A DNA stretch of 64,000 nt. It comes from Candidatus Bilamarchaeaceae archaeon. Lineage in GTDB: Archaea; Micrarchaeota; Micrarchaeia; Anstonellales; Bilamarchaeaceae. The translations under genes were made by a program, and so were the position numbers. Shown piece after piece: positions 9,325-17,584 of this stretch; position 1 is the first letter of the stretch, and every line of letters begins with the position of its first letter. Where the stretch lies: NCBI GenBank assembly GCA_038870635.1, contig JAVZJR010000004.1, positions 40,406-104,405 of the forward strand, given 5' to 3'. The notes under the pieces were generated by a model, which worked only from the letters and a program-made list of their open reading frames with translations, did not search any database and was not told where the DNA came from.

Positions 9325-10143
9325 ATGTTTAAGCAAAAAATAAAAAAAGAGCCACAACAACGTAGGGATATTGTTTTTAAAAAATTTGAGCCATTAATAG
9401 AATATAAATTAACAAAATTAGAACAAAGAATAGTTAAGATATTGCTTACTGCTGATGAACATCGCTGCCTAGACTTTTTGGAGGAAGTAATGAAAAAGGG
9501 CAAGGAAGAAGGCGCCCAGCTTGCCCTCAGTCTTGGCGATGGAGAGGTGACCTCAGCTAAATATGTAGAATTAGCAAAAAAGTTTGGTTTAGATGGTATA
9601 ACTTTAGAGATGCTTTTTAAAAGATGTGTGGATGCTGATAATACAATAGATATAAAGAAGTTAGTTATGTATGGGGGCCTTTTACCTTTTCACTACTTTA
9701 GTGACAGTATTATATCTGCTGGTTGGTGGGGCGTGCAGGATTCGCAAGATTCGGTAGAAATTAAATTACCATACCGGCATTTGGATTATTTGTCAACTAT
9801 ACCGACATTGCTTCTTTTAAAAGGACATGATCATGCGGCATATGTGGGAAAATTGAAAGCAAAGACAACAAGAGAAGTTTTTAGGGGAAATGTAATTCCT
9901 CCTAAATTTTTGCTTGATAGAATTGGACCACTCGAGGATAAGAATAATAATATTGACTTTTTGTTTTATGTGTATGAATTTACCGAAATGCCTCCTCGTA
10001 GTTCATACCAAATCAATATTAAAAAAAGCAAAGGCGGTATTTATGTAATTAATCCTGGTCCTCTTCTTTCTGACAAGCGATATGGTTTGTTGACTCTTGA
10101 TGAATCTCAATACATAATACAACTAAAATTTCTTCCCTCCTAA
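9325..10143 (+). CDS. Hypothetical protein
   Basis: 272-aa ORF with normal composition; no motif recognised. Confidence 0.65.
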   Translation: MFKQKIKKEPQQRRDIVFKKFEPLIEYKLTKLEQRIVKILLTADEHRCLDFLEEVMKKGKEEGAQLALSLGDGEVTSAKYVELAKKFGLDGITLEMLFKRCVDADNTIDIKKLVMYGGLLPFHYFSDSIISAGWWGVQDSQDSVEIKLPYRHLDYLSTIPTLLLLKGHDHAAYVGKLKAKTTREVFRGNVIPPKFLLDRIGPLEDKNNNIDFLFYVYEFTEMPPRSSYQINIKKSKGGIYVINPGPLLSDKRYGLLTLDESQYIIQLKFLPS

Positions 10144-10262
10144 GCCCAAGAAGTATGTTTAAAACACCGATATATTTATATGTTTTACAGCTTAATATAT
10201 AACGAGTAAAATAACTAAAATCTTAAATCAAAATACTCAAAAAATATACCGAGGTGAAACAT

Positions 10263-10571
10263 ATGACAGAAGCAAATGAACAAAAAACCACAGCACCACA
10301 AAAAACAGACAATGTAATTTTTGTGGGCAAAAAGGGCGCGATGGGTTATGTACTCGCTGTTGTTACTCAGTTCAACAACGGCGCTAAGGAAGTGACAATA
10401 AAGGCAAGAGGAAAACTTATCTCAAGAGCCGTTGATGTGGCAGAGATTGTAAGGCACAGATTTGTACCTGACTCGAAGATTGATAGAATAAACATCTCCA
10501 CAGAGGAGCTTACATCAGAAGATGGGTCAAAGAGTAAAGTATCTGCTATAGAAATTGTATTGAAAAAATAA
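10263..10571 (+). CDS. albA: DNA/RNA-binding protein Alba
   Basis: [35 protein letters not shown]. Confidence 0.96.
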   Translation: MTEANEQKTTAPQKTDNVIFVGKKGAMGYVLAVVTQFNNGAKEVTIKARGKLISRAVDVAEIVRHRFVPDSKIDRINISTEELTSEDGSKSKVSAIEIVLKK

Positions 10572-10609
10572 ATTTTTTTTCTTTTTCTTATTTTTTTTAA
10601 GTTGATTAA

Positions 10610-11224
10610 ATGAAAATATTAGATCGTGATGGAATAATATCTGCTGCGATCTTGGGATTTTTGATAACTTATTTCGGAGGCTTTGATTATCTATTTTTTA
10701 TGTTTCTTTTTCTTTTTTTAGGAGTTATTGTGACAAGATATGAGCAACAGGTAAAGAAAGATATGGGCCTTTACGAGCATGAGAGAGGGGTAGAAAATGT
10801 TCTATCGAATGGTTTAGGCCCAACTCTATTCGCTATTTTTTCACCGCAATTTGGTCCTATCCCTTTTTTGGCTTCTGTTGCAGCAGTTACTTCAGACACT
10901 TTCGCTTCAGAGATAGGCGTGCTTGGTAAGTCCGACCCGATATTCCTCGGAAATCTTAAAAAAGCAAAACCAGGCACAAATGGTGCTGTCAGTAGTCTGG
11001 GGACAGTTGCTTCTGCAGTTGGCGCAATGTTGATTGGTGCTTTTGGAATGTTTGTTTTTAACCTAAACGCTAAGCAAGCATTTTTTATTGGGTTGGCCGG
11101 TTTTATTGGTTCTCTTGTTGATACACTAGTCGGGATACTTGAGGAGCGCGGCATTGGAACAAAGGGTACTACGAATTTTATTTGCTCTATTACAGGTGGT
11201 TTTTTAGGTTTATTAATAAGATAA
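10610..11224 (+). CDS. DUF92 (TMEM19/VTE6-like) membrane protein
   Basis: RGVENVLSNG, SDTFASEIG, PGTNGAVSSLG, GSLVDTLVG motifs; multiple TM segments. Confidence 0.88.
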   Translation: MKILDRDGIISAAILGFLITYFGGFDYLFFMFLFLFLGVIVTRYEQQVKKDMGLYEHERGVENVLSNGLGPTLFAIFSPQFGPIPFLASVAAVTSDTFASEIGVLGKSDPIFLGNLKKAKPGTNGAVSSLGTVASAVGAMLIGAFGMFVFNLNAKQAFFIGLAGFIGSLVDTLVGILEERGIGTKGTTNFICSITGGFLGLLIR

Positions 11225-11244
11225 TTCTCTTTTGGTGATTTTAT

Positions 11245-11946
11245 ATGAAGGCTATAGTTTTAGCTGGTGGCGAGGGAACTAGGCTAAGGCCTTATACTTA
11301 TGAAACACCAAAACCAATGTTACCGATAGGGGAAGAAAAAAAACCTATTCTTTATTATGTTTTGTTAAACTTAAAGCGCGCAGGAATAAAGGATATAATA
11401 ATAACGGTGGGTTATAAACATGAAAAAATTATAAAATATTTTGGTGATGGAAGTAAATTTGGTTTAAATATTTCTTACTCTATTGAGAAGGAGAAATTAA
11501 ATACTGCTGGTTCTATTTTACCTCTTAAAGATAAACTAAAAGAATCCTTTGTGGTGGTGATGGGCGACCACATAACAAACATAAACATTAAAGAACTGGT
11601 TGATAGCCACAAGAAAAGCAAGTGTATCTCTACTATTGCTTTGCTAAAGGGAAAGATACCTATAGAATATGGCGTGGCGGAAGTAAAAGATGGAAGGGTA
11701 GTTAAGTTTGAAGAAAAACCAGCCATAGAAAAGCTTTATAACACCGCGATATATGTTTTTGAGCCCGAGATTTTCGATTATATTAAAGAAAAAGAAGATT
11801 TCGCTAAAAATGTTTTTCCGCGATTGCTTGAGAAAAAAATACCGATAAATGCATACATATTTGAAGGTCTTTGGTATGATATTGGCAGAGTGGTTGATTA
11901 CGAGAAACTTAAAAAAGAATTGAAGATGTCTGAGATTTTTAAATAA
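11245..11946 (+). CDS. Sugar-phosphate nucleotidyltransferase
   Basis: LAGGEGTRLRPYT..PKPML, GDH, YGV, FEEKP, WYDIG. Confidence 0.92.
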   Translation: MKAIVLAGGEGTRLRPYTYETPKPMLPIGEEKKPILYYVLLNLKRAGIKDIIITVGYKHEKIIKYFGDGSKFGLNISYSIEKEKLNTAGSILPLKDKLKESFVVVMGDHITNINIKELVDSHKKSKCISTIALLKGKIPIEYGVAEVKDGRVVKFEEKPAIEKLYNTAIYVFEPEIFDYIKEKEDFAKNVFPRLLEKKIPINAYIFEGLWYDIGRVVDYEKLKKELKMSEIFK

Positions 11947-12931
11947 TATTTCCAAAAACGCCGGCGTACACCAAAACGACAATTGCTATTAGGATTTCAA
12001 ACGTAACTAAAACTCTAACTAAATTTTGTTCGCTTATTCCGTTAAAAACTTTCATAATTAACTGGCAAAGGCCCCGTACTTTTCCTCCTACTGGGTAAAG
12101 TTTTCCATTTCTATATTCGCCCCACCATTCTTTGCTTGGGAACTTGTTTGCTAATTTTATAAAAAAATCAATTACATATGGAATAAGTAAAAGCGCGCCT
12201 ATACTTTCCATATTTCCTATTATTACACCCGCGGCAAGAGTTGCACCTATTGACAGATTCCCAACATCACCAGGAAATGCTTTGGATGGGTAACGGTTGA
12301 AGATGTAGAAAGCAAAAAGAGCACCCAAAAAGGATATAAACATAAAGAGAGAAACTGTTTTACCAGAAAATGCTGCGATTATAGAAGCCGTGGTAAAGAT
12401 TACAATGCCCAAACTGCTTTCCAATCCATTAAAACCTCCGAGCATATTTGTAAGATTGGATGCAACTGCTATCCCTATAGGCACTAAAACTAAAAGATAG
12501 AAAATACCAAAATCAACACTTCCAATGAGAGGGAGGGTTATCTCTGTGCTGCCTGCTGCTCTTAATGCTATTAGAGGAATTGCGGCGAACAAAGGAAGAA
12601 ATGCTTTAACATATTGTGGTATATCAACTAAATCGTCTACTATCCCTATGAATGCTACTGAATGAACAACTATTAAACCAGCCAATAAATAAATGAGGTT
12701 TAATTCAAAATCAAAAAAAGTGTTGAGAATTATAGTGAGTAAAATCCCGGCCGTAAATCCAGCTATCATTGTTATACCGCCCATTTCTGCAACTTCTGGT
12801 TTAGCAGGTTTGTTTACGTCTTTTCCTACGATGCCGAATCTTTTAAGCCTCGGAATTAAAATACTCCCAAATCCAAATGTAGTAGCAAATGAAATTAATA
12901 AAACAAGTAGATATGCTATTAAACCATCCAT
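11939..12931 (-). CDS. aglH: UDP-GlcNAc:polyprenol-phosphate GlcNAc-1-P transferase (AglH/Alg7, MraY family)
   Basis: GKDVNK, EMGG, GIVDD, NLTNMLGGFNGLE, NRYPSKAFPGDVG. Confidence 0.88.
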   Translation of the reverse strand: MDGLIAYLLVLLISFATTFGFGSILIPRLKRFGIVGKDVNKPAKPEVAEMGGITMIAGFTAGILLTIILNTFFDFELNLIYLLAGLIVVHSVAFIGIVDDLVDIPQYVKAFLPLFAAIPLIALRAAGSTEITLPLIGSVDFGIFYLLVLVPIGIAVASNLTNMLGGFNGLESSLGIVIFTTASIIAAFSGKTVSLFMFISFLGALFAFYIFNRYPSKAFPGDVGNLSIGATLAAGVIIGNMESIGALLLIPYVIDFFIKLANKFPSKEWWGEYRNGKLYPVGGKVRGLCQLIMKVFNGISEQNLVRVLVTFEILIAIVVLVYAGVFGNII

Positions 12932-12932
12932 T

Positions 12933-14183
12933 TTATCTACCTCTTATTTTGTTTAAAATTTCCTTTGCAAAGTCCACGGAGAAATTTTTTTCTTCAGCCA
13001 ATCTTTGCGCAACAGCGTCTATTTCTTCTGTTGTGTTGGCGCCTGCTAATACAGCAATATTTCTCGCATGGAGCTTCATGTGGCCTGCTTGTATCCCTAC
13101 TGTTGAAAGGGCGTATAGGGCTGCAAAATTGTTTGCCAAACCAACACAAGCCATTGTCATTGCTAGTTCTCTTGCACTTTTTATTCCTAAAATTTTCAAA
13201 GCGATACGCGCTGTTGGATTGGTATTTATTGCACCACCAAAAATACCAACCGCTAAAGGTAGCTCTATTGTGCCTTTTAGGTGGCCCTCTGGCGTTTTTT
13301 CAAATTTAGTTAATGGATGGTATCCTCCGATAGATGCAAACGCATGCGCGCCTGCTTCTATCGCTCTCCAATCTTGCCCACAAGCAAGCGCTACTGCATC
13401 TATTCCATTCATTATTCCTTTATTGTGCGTTGCGCACCTGTAAATGTCCACTACTGCTAATTCATAACCATCTAATATAGCTTCTATCGCTTCTTCGCCG
13501 ATGACTTCTTTTTTCCAAATTGCACTTGCTCTAACCTTTCGCTTTACCGCAAGATTACTCAATATTCTAAGTCTTGCTTTTCCTTTACTGTAGTTTTCTA
13601 GCGTTGGCGCTATTCCTTCTAATATTGTGTTAATTGTGTTAGCACCCATAACATCTTTTACATCAATGTAAAAATAACAAACAAGCATTTCTCCCCGGCT
13701 AGTCCTTATTTTTTTTACTTCAAAATCTTTTATACCGCCCCAATAAGCAGGATTACCTTTGTAGAGTGCTGTTGCAATTTTTATTATTTCATCTTTTTTA
13801 TTTTCAAGTTCTTTTTTTGCCTTTGTCGCATTTTTAAGCTGTACTAATTGCACTTCACCTATCATGATAGACTCGTCTGCATCTGCGCTAAATCCTTCAG
13901 GTAATGCTAGTTTGGCGGCTTTGCATGCTCCAGCTACCACGGATGGTTCTTCTAATGCCATAGGTATTAAAACTTCCTTACCGTTTATCTTAAAATTTGT
14001 AGCGACTCCAAAAGGCAGATGCATTACTCCAATCACATTTTCTATCATTCTGTCAGCTATTTCGATTTCTAAGGCACCTGTTTTTTGTAATAATTCTATT
14101 TCATTTTCACTTAACTGTGTTTTTTCTTTTATTATTTTCACTCTTTCTTTTACTGTTAGCTTGTAAAAACCAGATAACTCCAT
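12933..14183 (-). CDS. mvaA: HMG-CoA reductase, class II
   Basis: Start MELSGFYKL; MIENVIG, EEPSVVAG, DVMGAN, THNKGIMNGID, GQDWRAIEAG, GIQAGHMKLH. Confidence 0.95.
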   Translation of the reverse strand: MELSGFYKLTVKERVKIIKEKTQLSENEIELLQKTGALEIEIADRMIENVIGVMHLPFGVATNFKINGKEVLIPMALEEPSVVAGACKAAKLALPEGFSADADESIMIGEVQLVQLKNATKAKKELENKKDEIIKIATALYKGNPAYWGGIKDFEVKKIRTSRGEMLVCYFYIDVKDVMGANTINTILEGIAPTLENYSKGKARLRILSNLAVKRKVRASAIWKKEVIGEEAIEAILDGYELAVVDIYRCATHNKGIMNGIDAVALACGQDWRAIEAGAHAFASIGGYHPLTKFEKTPEGHLKGTIELPLAVGIFGGAINTNPTARIALKILGIKSARELAMTMACVGLANNFAALYALSTVGIQAGHMKLHARNIAVLAGANTTEEIDAVAQRLAEEKNFSVDFAKEILNKIRGR

Positions 14184-14187
14184 CCTA

Positions 14188-14634
14188 TCACTCTCTCGCA
14201 AGCCGCGCGCATACGCGTTCAATATTTTTAAAGATTTCACTACTTCTTTTTTCATATATTTTTTTGAATATTTCTGCTAAATTTTGAGTACTTTCATCCC
14301 CAAAAAAATATTCTCCTTTTTTACGATTTATTATACCATTTTCTTTTAATCTTTCAAGATGATAATAAATTGCTTTAATGTTCTTTTCTGTGGCACCACT
14401 CTTCATCATTTTGTCTATTATATCTTTTGTTGTTGGTTTTTTGCCAGCAAAATGAAAATAAAGCAAAGTGTCAAGTAAATCTATGATGATTGTTCTACTC
14501 TCATTTGGGTTTATTAAACCTAAAGAAAGTGCGAGCCATCTTACTATTGATTTTCTTGCTAGTAGAACTTCCTCGGGAAGAGCCAACTCCCTCAAAAGTA
14601 TTTCTGACTTTATCAGTTTTGATTCTGGTATCAT
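14188..14634 (-). CDS. Winged-helix domain protein
   Basis: WLALSLGL N-terminal part and C-terminal wHTH (IYYHLERLKENGII.RKKGEY); start inferred at MIPESK. Confidence 0.7.
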   Translation of the reverse strand: MIPESKLIKSEILLRELALPEEVLLARKSIVRWLALSLGLINPNESRTIIIDLLDTLLYFHFAGKKPTTKDIIDKMMKSGATEKNIKAIYYHLERLKENGIINRKKGEYFFGDESTQNLAEIFKKIYEKRSSEIFKNIERVCARLARE

Positions 14635-14699
14635 GGGTATTTTTCGATGTAATGGCTTAAAAATGTAGTGCAATATGTGTTTAACCAAAAGGTGGTTTA

Positions 14700-15071
14700 A
14701 TGGTTGAACTTTCTGCGCGTGTGCACCCTGATGTGCTTTTTGCTTATTCGCAAAACTTTGTTAATTTAATAATACGTGTAGAGAATCATGACCCTTCTCT
14801 ATTTTGGTGCGAAATAGATATTAAGGTTCCTGAAAGCCTTTCGCTAAGTCCAACAAGCGACTTACAAAAAGGAAGAGTAAGGGTTGGTATACTCACAAAA
14901 AAAGAATTTATAGAGAAATTAGTTAAGATATTCGCTAATCAATATACTCCCCCACAAATCTACCCAATAATTATTACTCTTTATCTTTTTAATAAAGACG
15001 GAGTAATCGAAAGTAGGCTGGAAAAAAAAATAGAGATTAGATGTGAAGTAAAAAAAGAAGAAACACTATAG
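14700..15071 (+). CDS. Hypothetical protein (beta-rich, Ig-like)
   Basis: 123 aa with SD; alternating beta-strand pattern. Confidence 0.65.
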   Translation: MVELSARVHPDVLFAYSQNFVNLIIRVENHDPSLFWCEIDIKVPESLSLSPTSDLQKGRVRVGILTKKEFIEKLVKIFANQYTPPQIYPIIITLYLFNKDGVIESRLEKKIEIRCEVKKEETL

Positions 15072-15073
15072 TT

Positions 15074-15865
15074 CTAATTCTTTTTAGGCTTTCTTACCTT
15101 TTTTTTTATTTTTTTCTCAACGGCTGTTTTTTCCTCTTTTGCAGCACTTTCTTTTTTTGTTTCTTCAGGTTTTTGTTCAGGTTTTTGCTCTTCTTCTTTT
15201 TGAGTTATCTCCTCTTCTTTTATCGTTTGTTCTTTTTCTTTTTTCTCAATCTTGGTGTCATATTCTTCAAGTTTTTCAAAGAAGTTTATATCGTACTTAA
15301 ATTCATTATATGATTTTATTTTTCCTTGAGAAAGCATAACCTCTCGTGCTAGTATGTAAAATAACAATGCAAGCGACCTTCTTCCCTTATTGTTTATCGG
15401 TATAATTAAGTCTACAAATTTTGTTTCGTTATCAGTGTCGCATAGTGCAATTATAGGAACACCATTTTTTGCAGATTCCATAATCGCTTCTCGTTCTCCT
15501 TTTGGGTCGCATACAAGTATTAACTTTGGTTCTTGAAATTGCTTTGAGGAAAGGTTCGTGGTTGTGCCAGGAACAAATCGTCCTTGCAGTACGGGTATGC
15601 CTGTGAGTTTTGAGAATTTGCTTGCTGCATTACTTGAATAAACACGTGAAGCTACAATGAGTATGTCCGAAGGGGAGTATTTTGTTAGCAATTTCGCAGC
15701 AGCCATTATTCTCTCTGCAGTTTTTGTTAAATCTAATATATAGAGTCCATCATCTCTTTTCTTGAATATAAATTTCTTCATATCGTTTGTTTTTATCCTC
15801 GTTCCTATATGTACCCCTGCTTCCAAGAACATATCTTGGCTTACAGGCAAACCTGTTTTTTCCAT
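15074..15865 (-). CDS. rps2: 30S ribosomal protein S2 with charged C-terminal tail
   Basis: FLEAGVHIGT, GRFVPGT.TN, ALCDTDN, PINNKGRRSL; start MEKTGL after a GGTGA SD. Confidence 0.96.
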   Translation of the reverse strand: MEKTGLPVSQDMFLEAGVHIGTRIKTNDMKKFIFKKRDDGLYILDLTKTAERIMAAAKLLTKYSPSDILIVASRVYSSNAASKFSKLTGIPVLQGRFVPGTTTNLSSKQFQEPKLILVCDPKGEREAIMESAKNGVPIIALCDTDNETKFVDLIIPINNKGRRSLALLFYILAREVMLSQGKIKSYNEFKYDINFFEKLEEYDTKIEKKEKEQTIKEEEITQKEEEQKPEQKPEETKKESAAKEEKTAVEKKIKKKVRKPKKN

Positions 15866-15902
15866 ATCCTTATCACCCTCAATGTTCCTTACATCAAAAC
15901 AA

Positions 15903-16021
15903 TGGGGCCGCTGAGATTTATTCCACCTCTTTATTGAGGCACCAAGCACCAAAAAAGAGGCGCTTGAACTCAGATAACAAGCACCCCAAGCTTGCAGGAT
16001 ACCAGGTTACCTCACGGCCCC
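15903..16021 (-). tRNA. tRNA-Pro(GGG) with a 46-nt intron at 58/59 (15918-15963)
   Basis: Acceptor GGGGCCG/CGGCCCC-A; anticodon arm CAAGC-TTGGGGT-GCTTG; T arm CTGAG-TTCAA|AT-CTCAG interrupted by a hairpin intron with a BHB-like motif. Confidence 0.92.
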
Positions 16022-16028
16022 TTAAACA

Positions 16029-16223
16029 TTACACCCGTGGATATTTTATTATTGTATCCACCACATCTACGTGAGTTAAGAACATTCTTCTGCAACAGTA
16101 TCTGTTTATTCCTAATTCGTCCATTGCTATCTCTGGACCTTTTTCAGCAGCCAATTTTTTGTAGTCTGAATATAAATGACCAATTACACTTCCACAGGTA
16201 AAACATCTAACAGGAAATTCCAT
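16029..16223 (-). CDS. rpoN: RNA polymerase subunit N (Rpo10)
   Basis: MEFPVRCFTCG...RYCCRRMFLTHV. Confidence 0.97.
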   Translation of the reverse strand: MEFPVRCFTCGSVIGHLYSDYKKLAAEKGPEIAMDELGINRYCCRRMFLTHVDVVDTIIKYPRV

Positions 16224-16233
16224 TTTATCACCA

Positions 16234-16677
16234 TTATCTGTAGGATTTTTGGTATCTTGCTCTCGCTTTTGGTCCTTTGAATTTCTTTGGTTCCACTCTT
16301 CTTGAATCTTCAACTATCAAAGAGCGGTCGATTTCTTCGAATTTCTTTTTAAGTTCATTGCTGTTAAAATAGCCAACAAGTGCTTTTGCTATTGCTGTTC
16401 TTGCTGCTTGAGCTTGTCCCATCACTCCGCCGCCATAAACATTAACTGCTATGTCTATTGAATTTGCTTCTGGACCTAAATATTTCAAAGGTTCTGCTAT
16501 AATTTCTTTTATATATTTATTATTGAATGATTCCAGTAAGATATTATTCATTCTTATTTTACCACTCCCTGGTGTTACAACTGCGCGTGCAACACTTGTT
16601 TTTCTTTTTCCACGCGCTAAAAACGCTTTTTCTTTTTCTCTTTTTTTACTTTTCTTTTTAGTTTTTTTCTCAGTCAT
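16234..16677 (-). CDS. rps9: 30S ribosomal protein S9
   Basis: GKRKTSVARA, GGGVMGQA, GPKARARYQKSYR. Confidence 0.97.
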   Translation of the reverse strand: MTEKKTKKKSKKREKEKAFLARGKRKTSVARAVVTPGSGKIRMNNILLESFNNKYIKEIIAEPLKYLGPEANSIDIAVNVYGGGVMGQAQAARTAIAKALVGYFNSNELKKKFEEIDRSLIVEDSRRVEPKKFKGPKARARYQKSYR

Positions 16678-16682
16678 TATTA

Positions 16683-17099
16683 TCACCCTTTATATCCTAA
16701 TGATTTGCATAACTCCTCTATTGTGATGTGTTTTGCGATTCCATCATACTTTTCAGATTCTATTTGATTAGTGGCTGTAAGATTTTTAGGATTACCGCTA
16801 TAAAATATTATTCTTTTATACGCTTCTTTTCCTCTTTTTGTTTTCCAAGGTAGCATTCCTCTTATCATTCTTTTAACAAGGAGATGTGGTACTCTTGGCC
16901 ATTTTGCTGCGTGTTCAGGGTTAGCTTTATTTACTTGTCGTCTTCTTTTGAGGAATTTTTCAACTATTGATTTCTGATTTCCTATTATAACAAACTTTTC
17001 TGCGTTTATTACATGAATTTCTTCGCCAGAAAGTGCTTTTTTTGCTATTTTTGTCGCTATTCTTCCGAAAATATAATCTGTCGCGTCTATGACAATCAT
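16683..17099 (-). CDS. rpl13: 50S ribosomal protein L13
   Basis: IDATDYIFGRIA, INAEK, IRGMLP. Confidence 0.96.
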   Translation of the reverse strand: MIVIDATDYIFGRIATKIAKKALSGEEIHVINAEKFVIIGNQKSIVEKFLKRRRQVNKANPEHAAKWPRVPHLLVKRMIRGMLPWKTKRGKEAYKRIIFYSGNPKNLTATNQIESEKYDGIAKHITIEELCKSLGYKG

Positions 17100-17107
17100 A
17101 CAACCAC

Positions 17108-17479
17108 CTAAACTATTAATAAAATATCTTTTCCAGCAGGATTGATTTTGTATAATGACTCTATTGACATCGTTTTTCCACCTGCCGCTTCTATGGCTTT
17201 TTTTGCGCTTTCGCTGAATGCAAATGCGGCCACAGTTAATTCTCTGGTTATCCTGCCGGCCCCAAGAACTTTTCCAGGCACTATGACGTTTTTACCTGAT
17301 TCGCAATATTTTTCTAGTTTACTTATATTTACTTCTACTCTTTTTCTTCTTGGCTTTGATAGCTCATATGCTACCTTTTGCCATATTGGTTTTTTTTCTT
17401 TCCTTAAATTTTCAATCAAAGAAATCAAGAATGGATTTTCCTTTCTTGACTTAACCTTTTCTATGTCTGCTTTTTTCAT
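17108..17479 (-). CDS. rpl18e: 50S ribosomal protein L18e
   Basis: [29 protein letters not shown]. Confidence 0.96.
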   Translation of the reverse strand: MKKADIEKVKSRKENPFLISLIENLRKEKKPIWQKVAYELSKPRRKRVEVNISKLEKYCESGKNVIVPGKVLGAGRITRELTVAAFAFSESAKKAIEAAGGKTMSIESLYKINPAGKDILLIV

Positions 17480-17487
17480 AAAATCAC

Positions 17488-17524
17488 CGGCTCGCGCGGA
17501 TTTTTTAATCCGACTAAAACGCCG
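17488..17524 (-). promoter_or_regulatory. GC-rich hairpin 5' leader of the rpl18e operon
   Basis: Outer pair CGGC/GCCG and inner CGGATT/AATCCG, between a TTTAAAA box (~17550) and the GGTGA SD. Confidence 0.4.
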
Positions 17525-17584
17525 TTAGTAGAATTTATCTTAGAAAGTTTTTTAAATGTGCCCACAGGCTATTATTTGGTATTT

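Noticed and set aside
14184..14255. N-terminal extension of HMG-CoA reductase
   Set aside because: It overlaps the upstream gene; the family-typical start is MELSGFYKL at 14183.
15866..16313. Long N-terminal extensions of rps2 and rpoN in the ORF track
   Set aside because: They run through tRNA-Pro and rps9; SD-supported starts are at 15865 and 16223.
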